Positions 9,832-20,699 are shown, counted from the first letter of the stretch. The stretch is DNA of 47,087 bases from Nitrospinaceae bacterium (GCA_046754465.1 JBHHVU010000022.1:1-47087); one strand, 5' to 3'. Notes: generated by a model not told the origin, from the sequence alone. Translations and numbers: made by a program.

Positions 9832-11031
9832 ATGGGTTCGACCAAATCCCGCCTGGCCTATTTCGACTGTTATTCGGGAATCAGCGGGGACATGATCCTG
9901 GGCGCCCTGGTGGACCTGGGAGTGGATTTGCGGAAAATCCGCGACGGATTGAACACCCTGGATTTACCGGGATATCGAATCCGGTCCCGCCGGGTGCGGC
10001 GCGGCATGATTTCCGGGACCAAGGTGGATGTGGTGCTGAAAAAAAAATCCCCCGCCACCCCGACTTCCAGGAATTTTTCCGATATCCGGAAACTCATTCA
10101 AACCTCCGGCCTATCCGGCCCCGTAAAATCCCGCTCCATCGAAATATTCCGAAGAATCGCCCGGGCGGAAGCCAAGGTCCATCATACCCGAATCGACAAG
10201 GTTCACTTTCACGAAGTGGGTGCGGTGGATTCGATCGTGGATGTGGTGGGCGGGGTCCTGGCCATCGACCTGCTGGATGTCCAGCGTATAATCGCTTCAC
10301 CCCTCAATGTCGGAGAAGGATTGGTAGACTGCCAACATGGCGCCCTGCCGGTTCCGGCTCCGGCCACCCTTATTTTGCTCGAAGGGATTCCCTGTTTTTC
10401 CTCGGGGGTCCGGAAAGAGCTGACCACACCCACCGGCGCGGGGATGATCGGATTCTTCGCCCGCGGATTCCATTCACTTCCTCAAATGAAGATTCTTGGT
10501 TCCGGTTACGGGGCCGGGGACCACATCGTCGAGCAGTCCCCGAATATGCTCCGTGTCGTCCTGGGAGAAATCGAGGAAGACGGGAAAACAGAGACCCAAT
10601 TTGTCGTCGAAACCAATATCGACGACATGAGCCCGGAATTTTATGACCACGTGATGGAATCCCTGTTCCTGGCGGGTGCGGCCGACGTCTATTTCACGCC
10701 CATTATTATGAAGAAGAACCGCCCCGCCGTGAAGATTTCCGTGCTGGTCCCGGCGGATAAAAAAGACGAAATATCCAGAATTCTGTTGTCCGAAACCTCC
10801 ACCTTTGGAGTTCGATTTTATCCCGTCAACCGGATCACCCTGGACCGGGAGATTCGTACCTTGAAATCCGCCCATGGGCGGGTGAAGGTGAAATTGGGAA
10901 TCCTGGACGGTGCCATCGTGCATATAGCGCCGGAGTATGAGGATTGTAAAAAAATAGCGCGCCGGAAAAAGCTCCCCATCCAAACCGTGTATGAAGAAAT
11001 TCTAAGTTCCGCGAAACGTGAGCTGGCATAA
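9832..11031 (+). CDS. larC: nickel pincer cofactor biosynthesis protein LarC
   Basis: DCYSGISGDMILGAL, HFHEVGAVDSIVD, PVPAPAT, ELTTPTGA, ETNIDD, MKKNRP, PEYEDC. Confidence 0.93.
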   Translation: MGSTKSRLAYFDCYSGISGDMILGALVDLGVDLRKIRDGLNTLDLPGYRIRSRRVRRGMISGTKVDVVLKKKSPATPTSRNFSDIRKLIQTSGLSGPVKSRSIEIFRRIARAEAKVHHTRIDKVHFHEVGAVDSIVDVVGGVLAIDLLDVQRIIASPLNVGEGLVDCQHGALPVPAPATLILLEGIPCFSSGVRKELTTPTGAGMIGFFARGFHSLPQMKILGSGYGAGDHIVEQSPNMLRVVLGEIEEDGKTETQFVVETNIDDMSPEFYDHVMESLFLAGAADVYFTPIIMKKNRPAVKISVLVPADKKDEISRILLSETSTFGVRFYPVNRITLDREIRTLKSAHGRVKVKLGILDGAIVHIAPEYEDCKKIARRKKLPIQTVYEEILSSAKRELA

Positions 11032-11272
11032 GCAAAGCAATGGGATCAAATTTCCCCTTGCCTGCAACTTCAATAACGTTGGCCTGATTGGCTTGTTTTA
11101 TATCAGACCAAACGGACTATCCTGTTGGTGACCCTGTCAAATTCTTGCCTGGGATCTTTGAACATTCCGTGGGGAAAAACAGGGGAGGAAAGGGGGCGGC
11201 GCTGTGGGGGAAAAAATATTCTGGCCGGTAAGAAAATGGTCCGTGCGGTCGCAACCTGCCCCACCGGATTTT

Positions 11273-11551
11273 TTAGAGACCGTGTTTTTTTAGCTCTTCC
11301 TCGTAATGCTTATGGAAAAGGATTTCCCATTCCGGGGTGCCTTCGCGAAGGTTCTTATTGCTGTATGAGGCCATAATCTTCCGGGCTTCCTCATCGGCCA
11401 GATCGTCTATTTTTAAAATTTGGGTCATCACCCGGGTGATTTCCAGCCGAACGTCGTTGAGATCCACTTTATAGTCAATCTCCTCCCGTTTTTCGAAATC
11501 GTGGATAATGAGGCTGCTGATGTGATTTATTTTTTCCCGGCTGATTTTCAT
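11273..11551 (-). CDS. DUF507 family protein
   Basis: MKISREKINHIS...EGTPEWEILFHKHYEEEL pattern. Confidence 0.75.
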   Translation of the reverse strand: MKISREKINHISSLIIHDFEKREEIDYKVDLNDVRLEITRVMTQILKIDDLADEEARKIMASYSNKNLREGTPEWEILFHKHYEEELKKHGL

Positions 11552-11568
11552 GGCTTCCGCAATTCGAC

Positions 11569-11850
11569 TTAGAGAATTAGACCGCGTTCCCGGACCAGTT
11601 TGGATTTGACCAGTTGAAACGCCCGACCAAAATCCATCATGTTCCGTTCATACTCCTGGGTACGCGATTCCAGGAGCATCTTGACCTCATCGTTCAACCG
11701 GTCTTCCACCATCAGGTCTTCAATGATGATGCCGGTTACGATCGCCTGCAGTTTTTCGGGACGATCATCCCAGATAATCATGTCCTTTCCTATCAGGTTT
11801 TGAACGATTTTTTGAGAGATACTTTCAACAAGTTCCTTTCTGAGTCTCAT
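11569..11850 (-). CDS. DUF507 family protein
   Basis: MRLRKELVE...EDRLNDEV...FQLVKSKLVRERGLIL pattern. Confidence 0.8.
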   Translation of the reverse strand: MRLRKELVESISQKIVQNLIGKDMIIWDDRPEKLQAIVTGIIIEDLMVEDRLNDEVKMLLESRTQEYERNMMDFGRAFQLVKSKLVRERGLIL

Positions 11851-11929
11851 GGGCCGGTTTTAATTTTCAAATTTTTGTAAAAGTGGTTTTTCAGGGCAGG
11901 CATTATGACCCCCACCTCTGTGAAACAAG

Positions 11930-12002
11930 AGCGGGAGACGGGGCTCGAACCCGCGACATTCAGCTTGGGAAGCTGACACTCTACCAACTGAGCTACTCCC
12001 GC
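11930..12002 (-). tRNA. tRNA-Gly (CCC), CCA not encoded
   Basis: Minus strand GCGGGAGTAGCTCAGTTGGTAGAGTG-TCAGC-TTCCCAA-GCTGA-ATGTCGCGGGTTCGAGCCCCGTCTCCCGCT. Confidence 0.95.
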
Positions 12003-12026
12003 AGGTAACAAGGACATTTCGCCCTT

Positions 12027-12212
12027 TCAGGATTTCTTTTCACCCAAAATCAGGATCAGGTTGTCCCCGGTCGTCTGAATATCCAATATCCTCTTGTTGT
12101 CCTCATAAATTTCATCGATGGCCTTGTTGACCATTTTCTCGATGGCGCCGGCGCTTTCTTCCATGATGTCGAGCACTCTAACCGATACAACCCTCTGTTC
12201 TTCCAGCCCCAT
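12027..12212 (-). CDS. hypothetical small protein
   Basis: Protein-like 61-aa segment MGLEEQRVV...LILILGEKKS; ATG 12212 preferred over track start 12338. Confidence 0.6.
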   Translation of the reverse strand: MGLEEQRVVSVRVLDIMEESAGAIEKMVNKAIDEIYEDNKRILDIQTTGDNLILILGEKKS

Positions 12213-12650
12213 TTTTTGTTTCCCGTGACAATCCATCATTGGCCATCGATAAAATTTTCCCTTGAAAAACAAGGCAAAACCCTGTTTATGAGGTCTTTTC
12301 TTTCCGGTCATTATCCGACATTTACCTTGAGTAATCAAATAATATTACCCTGCCCGTCAAGGGTTTCATTTGCTGGCGGACAAGCGCCGGGCATTCTGGG
12401 TGGGAAACGGGAGGGAGATGGAAGGGCCTGGCAATGCTTAGTTCCAACGGAAAAGCGAAAAAGGAAATGATGATTGTAATTGCCTTATGAATTCAGTAAT
12501 ATAATTCTCCATAAAAAAACATTCAATAACTTGTTGAAACTCATAAGCTTTTTATGAGAGCCGGGGTTTTTCCGTCTCCGAGCATGAATTGGGGCGGGAC
12601 CGATTTTCCGGTTATCAGACAATCCACCATTATCTTCAGCGGGGAAATTC

Positions 12651-13505
12651 GTGGTCAGGCCAGTTAACTTTACTGAAAAAATTCCGATCAGCCACCATTT
12701 GATCGAATTGCGGGACCGGTTTGTCATCGTCGCCATTGTCGTTGCATTTTTCTTTGGCATTTGTTTTTATTTCATCGACTTTTTCCTGCTGTGGCTGGAA
12801 GACCCTCTCCCTAAGCAATTCGCGGAACTGACTTTCATCACTCCCACCGAACCCTTTTTTACAGCCATGAAGGTTTCTTTCATGGGTTCCCTTTTTATTT
12901 CCATGCCCGTGATTCTCTATCATATTTGGGGCTTTATCTCCCCTGGCCTCAAGGTCCAGGAAAAAAAGATCACAACCATGTTCGTGGGGTTTGGGACCTT
13001 CTTCTTCGTGCTGGGGGGTGTATTTTGTTATTTCCTCGTTCTCCCGCTCGGTCTCAAGTTCCTGCTGACTTATGGCACCAACTGGTGGAGGATGCAGGTA
13101 ACCATCGGATTTTATTTTTCCTTCGTGGTCAAATTAATGCTGGCGTTCGCCTTCGCCTTTCAGACTCCGCTGCTGATGGTGCTGATGACCAAATTCGGCG
13201 TGACCAATACCATAAAGATGCGGATGTACCGGAAATGGGCGTTTCTGGGAACCTTCGGCGTGGCGGCCGTCCTGACGCCTCCGGATATCATCACCCAGGT
13301 TCTGCTAGCCTTCCCTTTGTATGCGCTGTATGAGTTTGGCGTGGTAGTCTCCTATTTCTTTGAGGATCCGAAAAACCGGGAGAAAATTCTCCAGCAAATG
13401 GCGGATGAAAGAGCCGCGAAAGAGGCTGCCAGGCGCAGTTCTTCTAACAAGAAAACCACCCGTAAAGTTGTCAAAAAAGTGGTCCGAAAAGCCAAAAAGG
13501 CGTAG
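12651..13505 (+). CDS. tatC: twin-arginine translocase subunit TatC
   Basis: HLIELRDR, PTEPFF, FISPGL, FQTP and AVLTPPD motifs; about 6 TM segments; basic C-terminal tail. Confidence 0.95.
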   Translation: MVRPVNFTEKIPISHHLIELRDRFVIVAIVVAFFFGICFYFIDFFLLWLEDPLPKQFAELTFITPTEPFFTAMKVSFMGSLFISMPVILYHIWGFISPGLKVQEKKITTMFVGFGTFFFVLGGVFCYFLVLPLGLKFLLTYGTNWWRMQVTIGFYFSFVVKLMLAFAFAFQTPLLMVLMTKFGVTNTIKMRMYRKWAFLGTFGVAAVLTPPDIITQVLLAFPLYALYEFGVVVSYFFEDPKNREKILQQMADERAAKEAARRSSSNKKTTRKVVKKVVRKAKKA

Positions 13506-13604
13506 GGAATAGGCCTCTCCATCCGCCTCCGATTGACTCTCAAATTTTTCCCTTCCTGAAACCGGAGCGGTTTGTTTCCGCGTGAGTGAGCTTTCAAGCC
13601 GATT

Positions 13605-14303
13605 TCAAAATAAAAACCCCAGCAGCGTGATCAAACGTGGATAGAAATGCACAAGAAGAATCCCGGCCGACGCACAGCAGGCGTGAACCAGCAGGGAAGC
13701 GTAAATCGTCCCTGTCCACCGGAATAATAAAGCACTGCCCAGTCCCAAAAGGAACAGGCCTAAACTTAGCTTAAAATGCGCCAGCGTGAATAGAACCCCT
13801 CCCGCGTAGATGGCCAGGACGGGATGGAATTTCCTGAGGAAGGTTTGAACGATGAATCCGCTAAAAAAGGTCTGCTCCACCAAAGGACCCAGAAGGACGG
13901 AAACCGCCAGGTTCTCCAAATCGGGAAGACCCGGTTCCCCTTCAGAACCCGTCCGCACCACCGCTGAAAAAAGTTCGGTTTGGTCCAGTCGGGTGACCGT
14001 CAAGAGTCCATCCAGGAGAGGCAGGCCCGCGACCACAACCATGCCGGGAACGGCGCCTGTCATGAGGTGGTTCCACAAATATCGTGGGGAAAATCCCAAG
14101 TCCCGGAACGACAACATTCTGGCCGCCAGTATACAGAGCAGAAAGCCCGCCTCATATATCAAGGTTCCATAATCACGCAGCCATGGGGGGTTACGCAGGA
14201 AAAACTGGATACCCGGGAAAAGAACGAAAACAAGAAGGGCAAGAATCACTGTTGGGAGGCCCGGTCCCCAGCTGCCAGCCAGTTCCACTTTTTTGATATT
14301 CAC
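13605..14303 (-). CDS. CPBP (Abi/CAAX) family intramembrane protease-like protein
   Basis: Multi-TM; degenerate PLVEQTFFSG, FTLAH and H-containing motifs. Confidence 0.75.
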   Translation of the reverse strand: MNIKKVELAGSWGPGLPTVILALLVFVLFPGIQFFLRNPPWLRDYGTLIYEAGFLLCILAARMLSFRDLGFSPRYLWNHLMTGAVPGMVVVAGLPLLDGLLTVTRLDQTELFSAVVRTGSEGEPGLPDLENLAVSVLLGPLVEQTFFSGFIVQTFLRKFHPVLAIYAGGVLFTLAHFKLSLGLFLLGLGSALLFRWTGTIYASLLVHACCASAGILLVHFYPRLITLLGFLF

Positions 14304-14340
14304 GGCGTGATCATGGGACGGGGAAACACCGGGGCCGGCG

Positions 14341-14634
14341 TCAGTTGTCCGGATGGGAGGGAAGGGGAGGTTGACGGGTCCCGGAAATTGGAGGAACAGG
14401 AATTCCTTCGGTCAGGTTCCCGCTGAGGTGAGCCGTTTTGTCTTTTCCCTTGTTATTTTTGTCAGCAACGGCATTGCCGCTGATGTGGGTCCAGACGTTT
14501 TTGGCCGCCGACTCGTTTTGAATATTATCCTGGGAAACGGTGATCTCTTTTTTCAGGATGGAGGCATTGAAATAAAATCCGCCGAAGATCAGCGCGGAGA
14601 GGATACAAGATTCAATGAAAACGTTTTTCCACAT
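14341..14634 (-). CDS. hypothetical membrane-anchored protein
   Basis: N-terminal hydrophobic segment followed by a low-complexity tail; start uncertain (14634 or 14649). Confidence 0.45.
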   Translation of the reverse strand: MWKNVFIESCILSALIFGGFYFNASILKKEITVSQDNIQNESAAKNVWTHISGNAVADKNNKGKDKTAHLSGNLTEGIPVPPISGTRQPPLPSHPDN

Positions 14635-14764
14635 AATTTTTGTTTTCAAACGTTTATATCAATAAAGGCATTTTAAAATTTTTGCCTGGGGATTTCAATA
14701 ATTATACCACCCATCAGGTTCCGCCGGGTGCCTTCTTTGCCCCCTCCTGACCGAAGCGGGGGTG

Positions 14765-14793
14765 TTGACAAAAATTAGGTCTTTATTTACTAT
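14765..14793 (+). promoter_or_regulatory. sigma70-type promoter of rpiB-glyA-nrdR
   Basis: TTGACA-17 bp-TACTAT. Confidence 0.65.
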
Positions 14794-14900
14794 CCGCTAT
14801 CGGATTACAATGCTTTAAAGAACTTGGTTTTTCTGATTCGAGCGGGATTCATTTCGCATTCAGCCCCCTTTCCAGGTTTCCCATTAAGAAATCAAACGAG

Positions 14901-15365
14901 ATGATTAAATTAGCCATCGCTTCCGATCACGCGGGATTCGATCTCAAAGAAAGCGTCATCACCTATCTTCACCACGAAGGAGTCGGTGTCAAGGACCTCG
15001 GTCCCCTGAACTCGGATTCAGTGGATTATCCCGATTATGGCATCGCACTGGCCCAGTCCATTCTTGAAAGCAAGGTAGAGCGGGGAATCGTTATCTGTGG
15101 CACCGGGGTGGGGATGTCGATCGTGGTCAACCGGTTCCCCGGGATCCGCGGAACCCTTTGTTCAGACGTCTACACCGCCAAAATGTGCCGCGAGCATAAC
15201 GACTCCAATATCCTCATCATGGGAGGGCGGGTCATCGGCAAGGGACTCGCCCAGGAAATCGTGAAAACCTGGCTCGATACCCCCTTCGAGGGAGGCCGTC
15301 ATCAAAAACGCCTCGAAAAAATAGAGGAAATCGATCGCAAGTTGAAAATAAAAGGAGAACTTTAA
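14901..15365 (+). CDS. rpiB: ribose-5-phosphate isomerase B
   Basis: ASDHAG, DYPD, CGTGVG, HNDSN, FEGGRH. Confidence 0.95.
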   Translation: MIKLAIASDHAGFDLKESVITYLHHEGVGVKDLGPLNSDSVDYPDYGIALAQSILESKVERGIVICGTGVGMSIVVNRFPGIRGTLCSDVYTAKMCREHNDSNILIMGGRVIGKGLAQEIVKTWLDTPFEGGRHQKRLEKIEEIDRKLKIKGEL

Positions 15366-15366
15366 A

Positions 15367-16617
15367 TTGTCATTAGCGGATTTCGATTCAGACATTGCGA
15401 ATGCCATTAAAGGTGAGTTGGACCGGGAAAATTTCACCCTGGAAATGATCGCCTCCGAAAATTTCGTCAGCCCCCAGGTTTTGGAAGCCCTGGGATCGGT
15501 GATGACCAACAAATACGCCGAGGGGTACCCCGGCAAGCGATATTACGGTGGGTGCGAGTTTGTGGATGTCGCCGAAAGCCTGGCCATCGAACGCGCAAAA
15601 AAACTTTTCGCCGCCGAACATGCCAACGTCCAGCCCCATTCCGGATCCCAGGCCAACATGGCCGTGTACCACACCGTGTTGCAGCCTGGCGATACCATCC
15701 TGGGAATGAATCTGGCGCATGGTGGACATTTGACGCACGGCAGCCCGGTCAATTTCTCGGGATATACCTATAAAGTTATTCCCTACGGAGTCAACAAGGA
15801 AACGGAACGGATCGATTACGAGGAGGTAGCCCGCCTGGCGCAGGAACACCGGCCCAAGATGATTGTTGTCGGGGCCAGCGCCTATCCCAGGGTGATCGAT
15901 CCCGTCAAGTTCCGGGAAATCGCCGATGAAGTGGGCGCGAAAATCATGACCGATATCGCCCACCCCGCGGGATTGGTCGCGGTGGGTCTTTATCCTTCCC
16001 CCGTCCCGTACTCCGAATTCGTGACCACCACCACCCACAAAACCCTGCGTGGACCTCGGGGAGGCATGATCCTTTGCCAGGAGAAATACGCCCGGGAGGT
16101 GAACAAAAAAATCTTTCCAGGAATTCAAGGCGGACCCCTCATGCACGTGATCGCGGCCAAGGCCGTGGCTTTCAAGGAGGCCTTGTGCGAGGATTTCACC
16201 ACTTATCAGAAACAGGTGTTGGCCAATGCGCGGTGTCTGGCAGATCACCTTGCGGGGAACGGATTCAAAATCGTCAGTGGGGGAACCGATACCCACCTGA
16301 TGCTGGTAGACCTGCGTGCCCAGGATATCACCGGCAAGGACGCCGAGCATGCCCTGGAACGGGCCGGCATCACCGTCAACAAAAATACCGTTCCCTTTGA
16401 AACCCGGAGCCCCTTCATCACGTCCGGAATCCGGATTGGCACGCCCGCGCTGACCACCCGCGGGATGAAGGAAAACGAAATGAAATTGATCGGCGGGATG
16501 ATCGTTCAAACCCTGGAGCGTCTCCAGGATAACGCATTCCACGAGAAGACCCGCAAAAAGGTGCGCGAACTGTGCGAACAATTTCCGCTTAATTTAGAAC
16601 TCACCAGCAAGTACTGA
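15367..16617 (+). CDS. glyA: serine hydroxymethyltransferase
   Basis: [34 protein letters not shown]. Confidence 0.98.
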   Translation: MSLADFDSDIANAIKGELDRENFTLEMIASENFVSPQVLEALGSVMTNKYAEGYPGKRYYGGCEFVDVAESLAIERAKKLFAAEHANVQPHSGSQANMAVYHTVLQPGDTILGMNLAHGGHLTHGSPVNFSGYTYKVIPYGVNKETERIDYEEVARLAQEHRPKMIVVGASAYPRVIDPVKFREIADEVGAKIMTDIAHPAGLVAVGLYPSPVPYSEFVTTTTHKTLRGPRGGMILCQEKYAREVNKKIFPGIQGGPLMHVIAAKAVAFKEALCEDFTTYQKQVLANARCLADHLAGNGFKIVSGGTDTHLMLVDLRAQDITGKDAEHALERAGITVNKNTVPFETRSPFITSGIRIGTPALTTRGMKENEMKLIGGMIVQTLERLQDNAFHEKTRKKVRELCEQFPLNLELTSKY

Positions 16618-16624
16618 CTGCCCA

Positions 16625-17110
16625 ATGAAATGTCCCGCCTGCGCCAACATGGAAAATAAGGTCATCGATTCCCGTCTCAACAAGGAAGGGGATATCATCC
16701 GGCGGCGGAGGGAATGCCTCAATTGCGGGGATCGGTTCACCACTTACGAGCGGCTGGAAAAGTCCTTGCCATTCGTGGTCAAAAAAGACGGACGCCGGGA
16801 GGAATTCAACCGCGAGAAGATCATCTCCGGAATCAAGAAAGCTTGCCAAAAGCGGCCCATCAGTATCGAAAAAATTGAAGGATTGGTGGACCGTGTCGAA
16901 CAATACTTCCAGGACCTTGGGGAAAAGGAGATCTCCGCCGTCGCCGTGGGCGAGAAAGTCGTCAAGGAACTTTACCACCTCGACGATGTCGCCTACGTGC
17001 GGTTCGCCTCGGTTTACCGGTCGTTCAAGGACGTCAACGAGTTCATGGTCGAGTTGAAGGAAGTGCTAAAAGACAAGCAGGACATCAAAGAATCCGACCG
17101 CCTTCAATAA
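16625..17110 (+). CDS. nrdR: transcriptional repressor NrdR
   Basis: MKCPAC, RRRREC..C..RFTTYE, ATP cone, [10 protein letters not shown]. Confidence 0.97.
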   Translation: MKCPACANMENKVIDSRLNKEGDIIRRRRECLNCGDRFTTYERLEKSLPFVVKKDGRREEFNREKIISGIKKACQKRPISIEKIEGLVDRVEQYFQDLGEKEISAVAVGEKVVKELYHLDDVAYVRFASVYRSFKDVNEFMVELKEVLKDKQDIKESDRLQ

Positions 17111-17185
17111 TATCCACCCAACTCACCCAACCCCCACACTGCGTGTGCTCCCCACGGGTGAGGAATTTATTCCATCACCCCGCCG

Positions 17186-17214
17186 TTGAATCCCTGAAAA
17201 CAAAATGTTACGAT
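17186..17214 (+). promoter_or_regulatory. sigma70-type promoter of ccsA-hemA-hemC
   Basis: TTGAAT-17 bp-TACGAT with an extended TG. Confidence 0.5.
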
Positions 17215-17294
17215 AAATTCCATTAAACGATGTGTCATTACACCCCAATTTTCAGGGGAGGGACCGGGCAGGAAGCGTCCCTTTCCCGGTTGCC

Positions 17295-18083
17295 ATGGCA
17301 AAAATCATATTTAATATTTCGCTGTTGAGTTACCTGGCAGCCTCCCTGGGCTATTTTATCTATCTAGCCTACCGAAGAAAATTTGTGTCCAACGCCGCCA
17401 ATGCCACCGTGGGATTCGGGCTGGTGGCGCATACGGCCTGGTTGGGTATCCGGTCCGTCCAGACGGGCCACGGGCCCTACACCACCTCGTTCGAGATCGC
17501 GATGTTTTTTTCCTGGGTGATCGTGTTGGTGTTTTTTCTGACGGAATGGAAATACAAGATTAAGGATTTGGGGGCATTCGTCATACCCCTTGTGTTTCTG
17601 ATCACGCTTTTTTCCGGTTTCCTCTCAAGTGACGTTGCCCTGGTGGAGAATTCACAGAACCATTTATGGCTCACCTTGCACCGGACTCTTTCGGTTCTCG
17701 GATCCGCCGCCTTCACTATCGCTTTTGCCGCGGGGATCATGTATCTTATTCAGGAACATCAAGTAAAATCAAAGAAACTGGGCATCATGTATTTCCGGAT
17801 GCCTTCCCTGGAGGTCCTCGATAATCTGAACGACAAGGTCATTACCATTGGTTTTCCCTTGTTTACCCTGGGATTCATGACGGGGTCGATCCTGAATACC
17901 AAGATGGATATGCCTTTTTTTTCCTGGGACCTTTTTAAAACGTGGCCCCTGGTTATCGTCTGGATCATTTATGGAGGTGTGTTCTTCGGACGGCTCATTG
18001 CGGGAGTGCGTGGCAAAAAAGCCGCCCAGGGCGCCATCCTCGGATTCGTGATGGTGGTCGTCACCTATTTCTTGCACATTTGA
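17295..18083 (+). CDS. ccsA: cytochrome c biogenesis CcsA/HemX-like membrane protein
   Basis: Multi-TM; W..LH, MYL.QE..VKSKK and PSLE.LD motifs; immediately upstream of hemA; track start 17232. Confidence 0.8.
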   Translation: MAKIIFNISLLSYLAASLGYFIYLAYRRKFVSNAANATVGFGLVAHTAWLGIRSVQTGHGPYTTSFEIAMFFSWVIVLVFFLTEWKYKIKDLGAFVIPLVFLITLFSGFLSSDVALVENSQNHLWLTLHRTLSVLGSAAFTIAFAAGIMYLIQEHQVKSKKLGIMYFRMPSLEVLDNLNDKVITIGFPLFTLGFMTGSILNTKMDMPFFSWDLFKTWPLVIVWIIYGGVFFGRLIAGVRGKKAAQGAILGFVMVVVTYFLHI

Positions 18084-18085
18084 TC

Positions 18086-19360
18086 ATGGCAACTCCTAAT
18101 CTGGTTATGGTGGGCGTTAACCATAAGACCACCCCCGTGGAGATTCGGGAACGGCTGGCCTTCACCCGGGGAGAGTTGGAGACCTCGCTCGAACACCTGG
18201 TGGGTCACCCCGAAATCGTCGAAAATCTCATTCTCTCCACCTGCAACCGGGTCGAGATTTATGCCCGTGTCCGCAATACGGAACAAGGAGTCCGGCTACT
18301 CAAGGAATTCATCTCCGGTTATCACAATATTTCACTGCAGGAACTGGAAAAATATTTTTATAGCTACCAGAACGAGCAGGCGGTGGAACATTTATTCCGG
18401 GTATCCTCCAGCCTGGATTCGATGGTTCTCGGCGAGGCGCAGATTCTGGGTCAGGTCAAGGACGCCTACAGCACCGCGCGGGCGCTTCGTTCCACCGGCA
18501 TGGTTCTGAATCAGCTATTTGAAAAAGCCTTCAATGTCGCCAAAAAGGTACGGGAGGAAACCGGCATCTCCGAGCGGGGCGTATCGATCAGCAGCGCCGC
18601 CGTCGAACTCGCCCGTAAAATATTTGAAGATCTCGAAAACCATTCCGTCATGCTTGTGGGAACCGGGGAGATGGCGGAACTGGCGGCCAAGCATCTCATC
18701 TCCTATGGGGTCAAAACCGTTTATGTCGCCAGCCGGACCTATGAGCGGGCCGTCAACCTCGCCCAGGCCCTGAACGGATGCGCTCTCGATTTCACAATGT
18801 TCAAGGAGGAGATGCACCGGGCGGATATCATCATCACCTCCACCGCCGCGCCTACCTTTATCATTAAGAAGGACATGGTTGAGCGGTCCATCCATCTGCG
18901 GAAAAACAAACCCATTTTCTTTATCGATATCGCCGTCCCCCGGGATATCGAACCCGAAGTCAACGAACTGGAAAACGTTTATTTGTATGATATCGACGAT
19001 TTGCAGACCGTGGTCGCGGCGAACCTCAAGGAACGGGAAAAAGAAGCGGAAAGCGCGATGGATATTATCCAAAGCGAAGTCGTTAAGTTCAACAGTTGGG
19101 TCGACACGCTGGACGCGGTTCCCACCATCGTCGAAATGCGTAAACGGGCGGAAACCATACGCCTGCAGGAAATGGAAAAAACCTTGAAGAAAATGTCCCA
19201 CCTCTCCGCACAGGACAGAAACACCCTGCATTTGATGACCCAGTCCATCATCAACAAAATTTTCCACAAACCCACCATCAACCTCAAAAGGAAGATCCAG
19301 TCCCAGGAAGGGCATGTCTATTTGAAAGCGATCCGCCACCTTTTCCACCTGGATGACTGA
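18086..19360 (+). CDS. hemA: glutamyl-tRNA reductase
   Basis: NHKT, LSTCNRVE, LDSMVLGE.QILGQ, GTGEM, DIAVPRD; ATG 18086. Confidence 0.97.
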   Translation: MATPNLVMVGVNHKTTPVEIRERLAFTRGELETSLEHLVGHPEIVENLILSTCNRVEIYARVRNTEQGVRLLKEFISGYHNISLQELEKYFYSYQNEQAVEHLFRVSSSLDSMVLGEAQILGQVKDAYSTARALRSTGMVLNQLFEKAFNVAKKVREETGISERGVSISSAAVELARKIFEDLENHSVMLVGTGEMAELAAKHLISYGVKTVYVASRTYERAVNLAQALNGCALDFTMFKEEMHRADIIITSTAAPTFIIKKDMVERSIHLRKNKPIFFIDIAVPRDIEPEVNELENVYLYDIDDLQTVVAANLKEREKEAESAMDIIQSEVVKFNSWVDTLDAVPTIVEMRKRAETIRLQEMEKTLKKMSHLSAQDRNTLHLMTQSIINKIFHKPTINLKRKIQSQEGHVYLKAIRHLFHLDD

Positions 19361-20323
19361 ATGAAACCCGAAAAAATTACCATCGGCAGCCGGGGGAGCG
19401 CACTGGCCCTCTGGCAGGCAAACTGGATCAAGTCCCAACTGGAAACCCTCCACAAGGGATTGCAGGTGGAGATCCGGATCATCAAAACTTCCGGAGACAA
19501 AATCCAGAACGTCCCGCTCACGAAAATCGGCGGCAAGGGACTTTTTGTCAAGGAAATCGAGGAAGCCCTAATGCGCAAGGAGGTGGACCTTGCGGTTCAT
19601 AGCATGAAAGATGTCCCCATGAAACTTCCTATTGAGTTGTGCATCGCGGTGATTACTGAGCGGGAAAACCCGTTCGATGCATTGATTTCCAGAGACGGGA
19701 CGCCGCTCGCGGATTTGCCCCCAAACGCGAAAATCGGGACCGGGAGTCTCCGCCGGTCCTCTCAGTTGTTGCAATACCGGCCCGACCTGGAAATCGTTTC
19801 CCTTCGGGGCAACATCGATACCCGTATCAAAAAACTGGATTCCGAAGGACTGGATGGAGTGATCCTGGCCTCCGCCGGGTTACGGCGCATGGGCTGGCAG
19901 GAAAAGATCACGGAAATCATTTCGCCGGATATCCTGTTGCCGGCGATGGGGCAGGGGGCCATCGGCATCGAAACCCGGAAACATGACCCCGATGTGCAGG
20001 GATTGATCGTGGATCTCGACGACGAAAAGACACACCTGGCCCTTGATGCCGAGCGTGCTTTCGTGGGAATACTTGAAGGCGGTTGTCAGGTTCCCATTGG
20101 CGCCTTCGCCACCCTCGACGACGAAAACGATGAATTAACGGTCCGGGGCTTGGTGGCCAGTCTGGACGGCAAAACCGTTTACAAATGGGACAAACAAGGA
20201 CCCCGTCATGACGCCCAAAAACTGGGCCGGGAACTGGGCAAGGACCTCCTGAAAATGGGCGCCGACAGGATTCTGGAGGAAATTTACCGTCAATCCGATG
20301 CCACTCCCCCTTCCAACCCCTAA
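19361..20323 (+). CDS. hemC: hydroxymethylbilane synthase
   Basis: GSRGSALALWQ, GKGLFVKE, VHSMKD, RGNIDTR, LEGGCQVP. Confidence 0.97.
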   Translation: MKPEKITIGSRGSALALWQANWIKSQLETLHKGLQVEIRIIKTSGDKIQNVPLTKIGGKGLFVKEIEEALMRKEVDLAVHSMKDVPMKLPIELCIAVITERENPFDALISRDGTPLADLPPNAKIGTGSLRRSSQLLQYRPDLEIVSLRGNIDTRIKKLDSEGLDGVILASAGLRRMGWQEKITEIISPDILLPAMGQGAIGIETRKHDPDVQGLIVDLDDEKTHLALDAERAFVGILEGGCQVPIGAFATLDDENDELTVRGLVASLDGKTVYKWDKQGPRHDAQKLGRELGKDLLKMGADRILEEIYRQSDATPPSNP

Positions 20324-20486
20324 ATATTTCGTTAACTACTGCAATTCCTGTCCTTCTGCCACGGCCCCAGGTTTCAGCCTGAATTTTCATTTTAAGGGAA
20401 TCTTTTTCTCATTTTTTTTGATCTAATAGGACGAAGACCTTTTTTCCTCAATGATGTTTTCCGGAACCTGAAGGGAGGGAAAATCC

Positions 20487-20699
20487 ATGACTGCGATTAC
20501 CTTGAACGAAGGCAAATATGACCGGATCGGTCGAATTGTTTTGGGGGTCATTCTTATCGCGGTGGGGATTAGTTTATGGGGAGTTTGGGGCCTGATCGTG
20601 GGTATCGTCGGGCTGGTTCCCCTGATCACAGGGCTTACCGGATGGTGCCCGCTTTACGCGTTATTTAAAATCAATACCTGCAAGATGATCCACCACTGA
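20487..20699 (+). CDS. DUF2892 (YgaP-like) small membrane protein
   Basis: N.G..DR..R, two TM segments, GWCPLY..F.INTC; RBS GGAGG. Confidence 0.9.
   Translation: MTAITLNEGKYDRIGRIVLGVILIAVGISLWGVWGLIVGIVGLVPLITGLTGWCPLYALFKINTCKMIHH

Noticed and set aside
11023..11038. TGGCAT-N5-AAGCA as a sigma54 promoter
   Set aside because: Poor -12 element, overlaps the larC stop, and no credible plus-strand gene downstream.
15388..16581. 397-aa minus-strand ORF; similarly 18515-19453, 20738-21652, 45705-46664, 1945-2736 and 2782-3486
   Set aside because: Antisense shadows of well-supported genes (glyA, hemA, dehydrogenase, transketolase, aconitase); no recognisable motifs.
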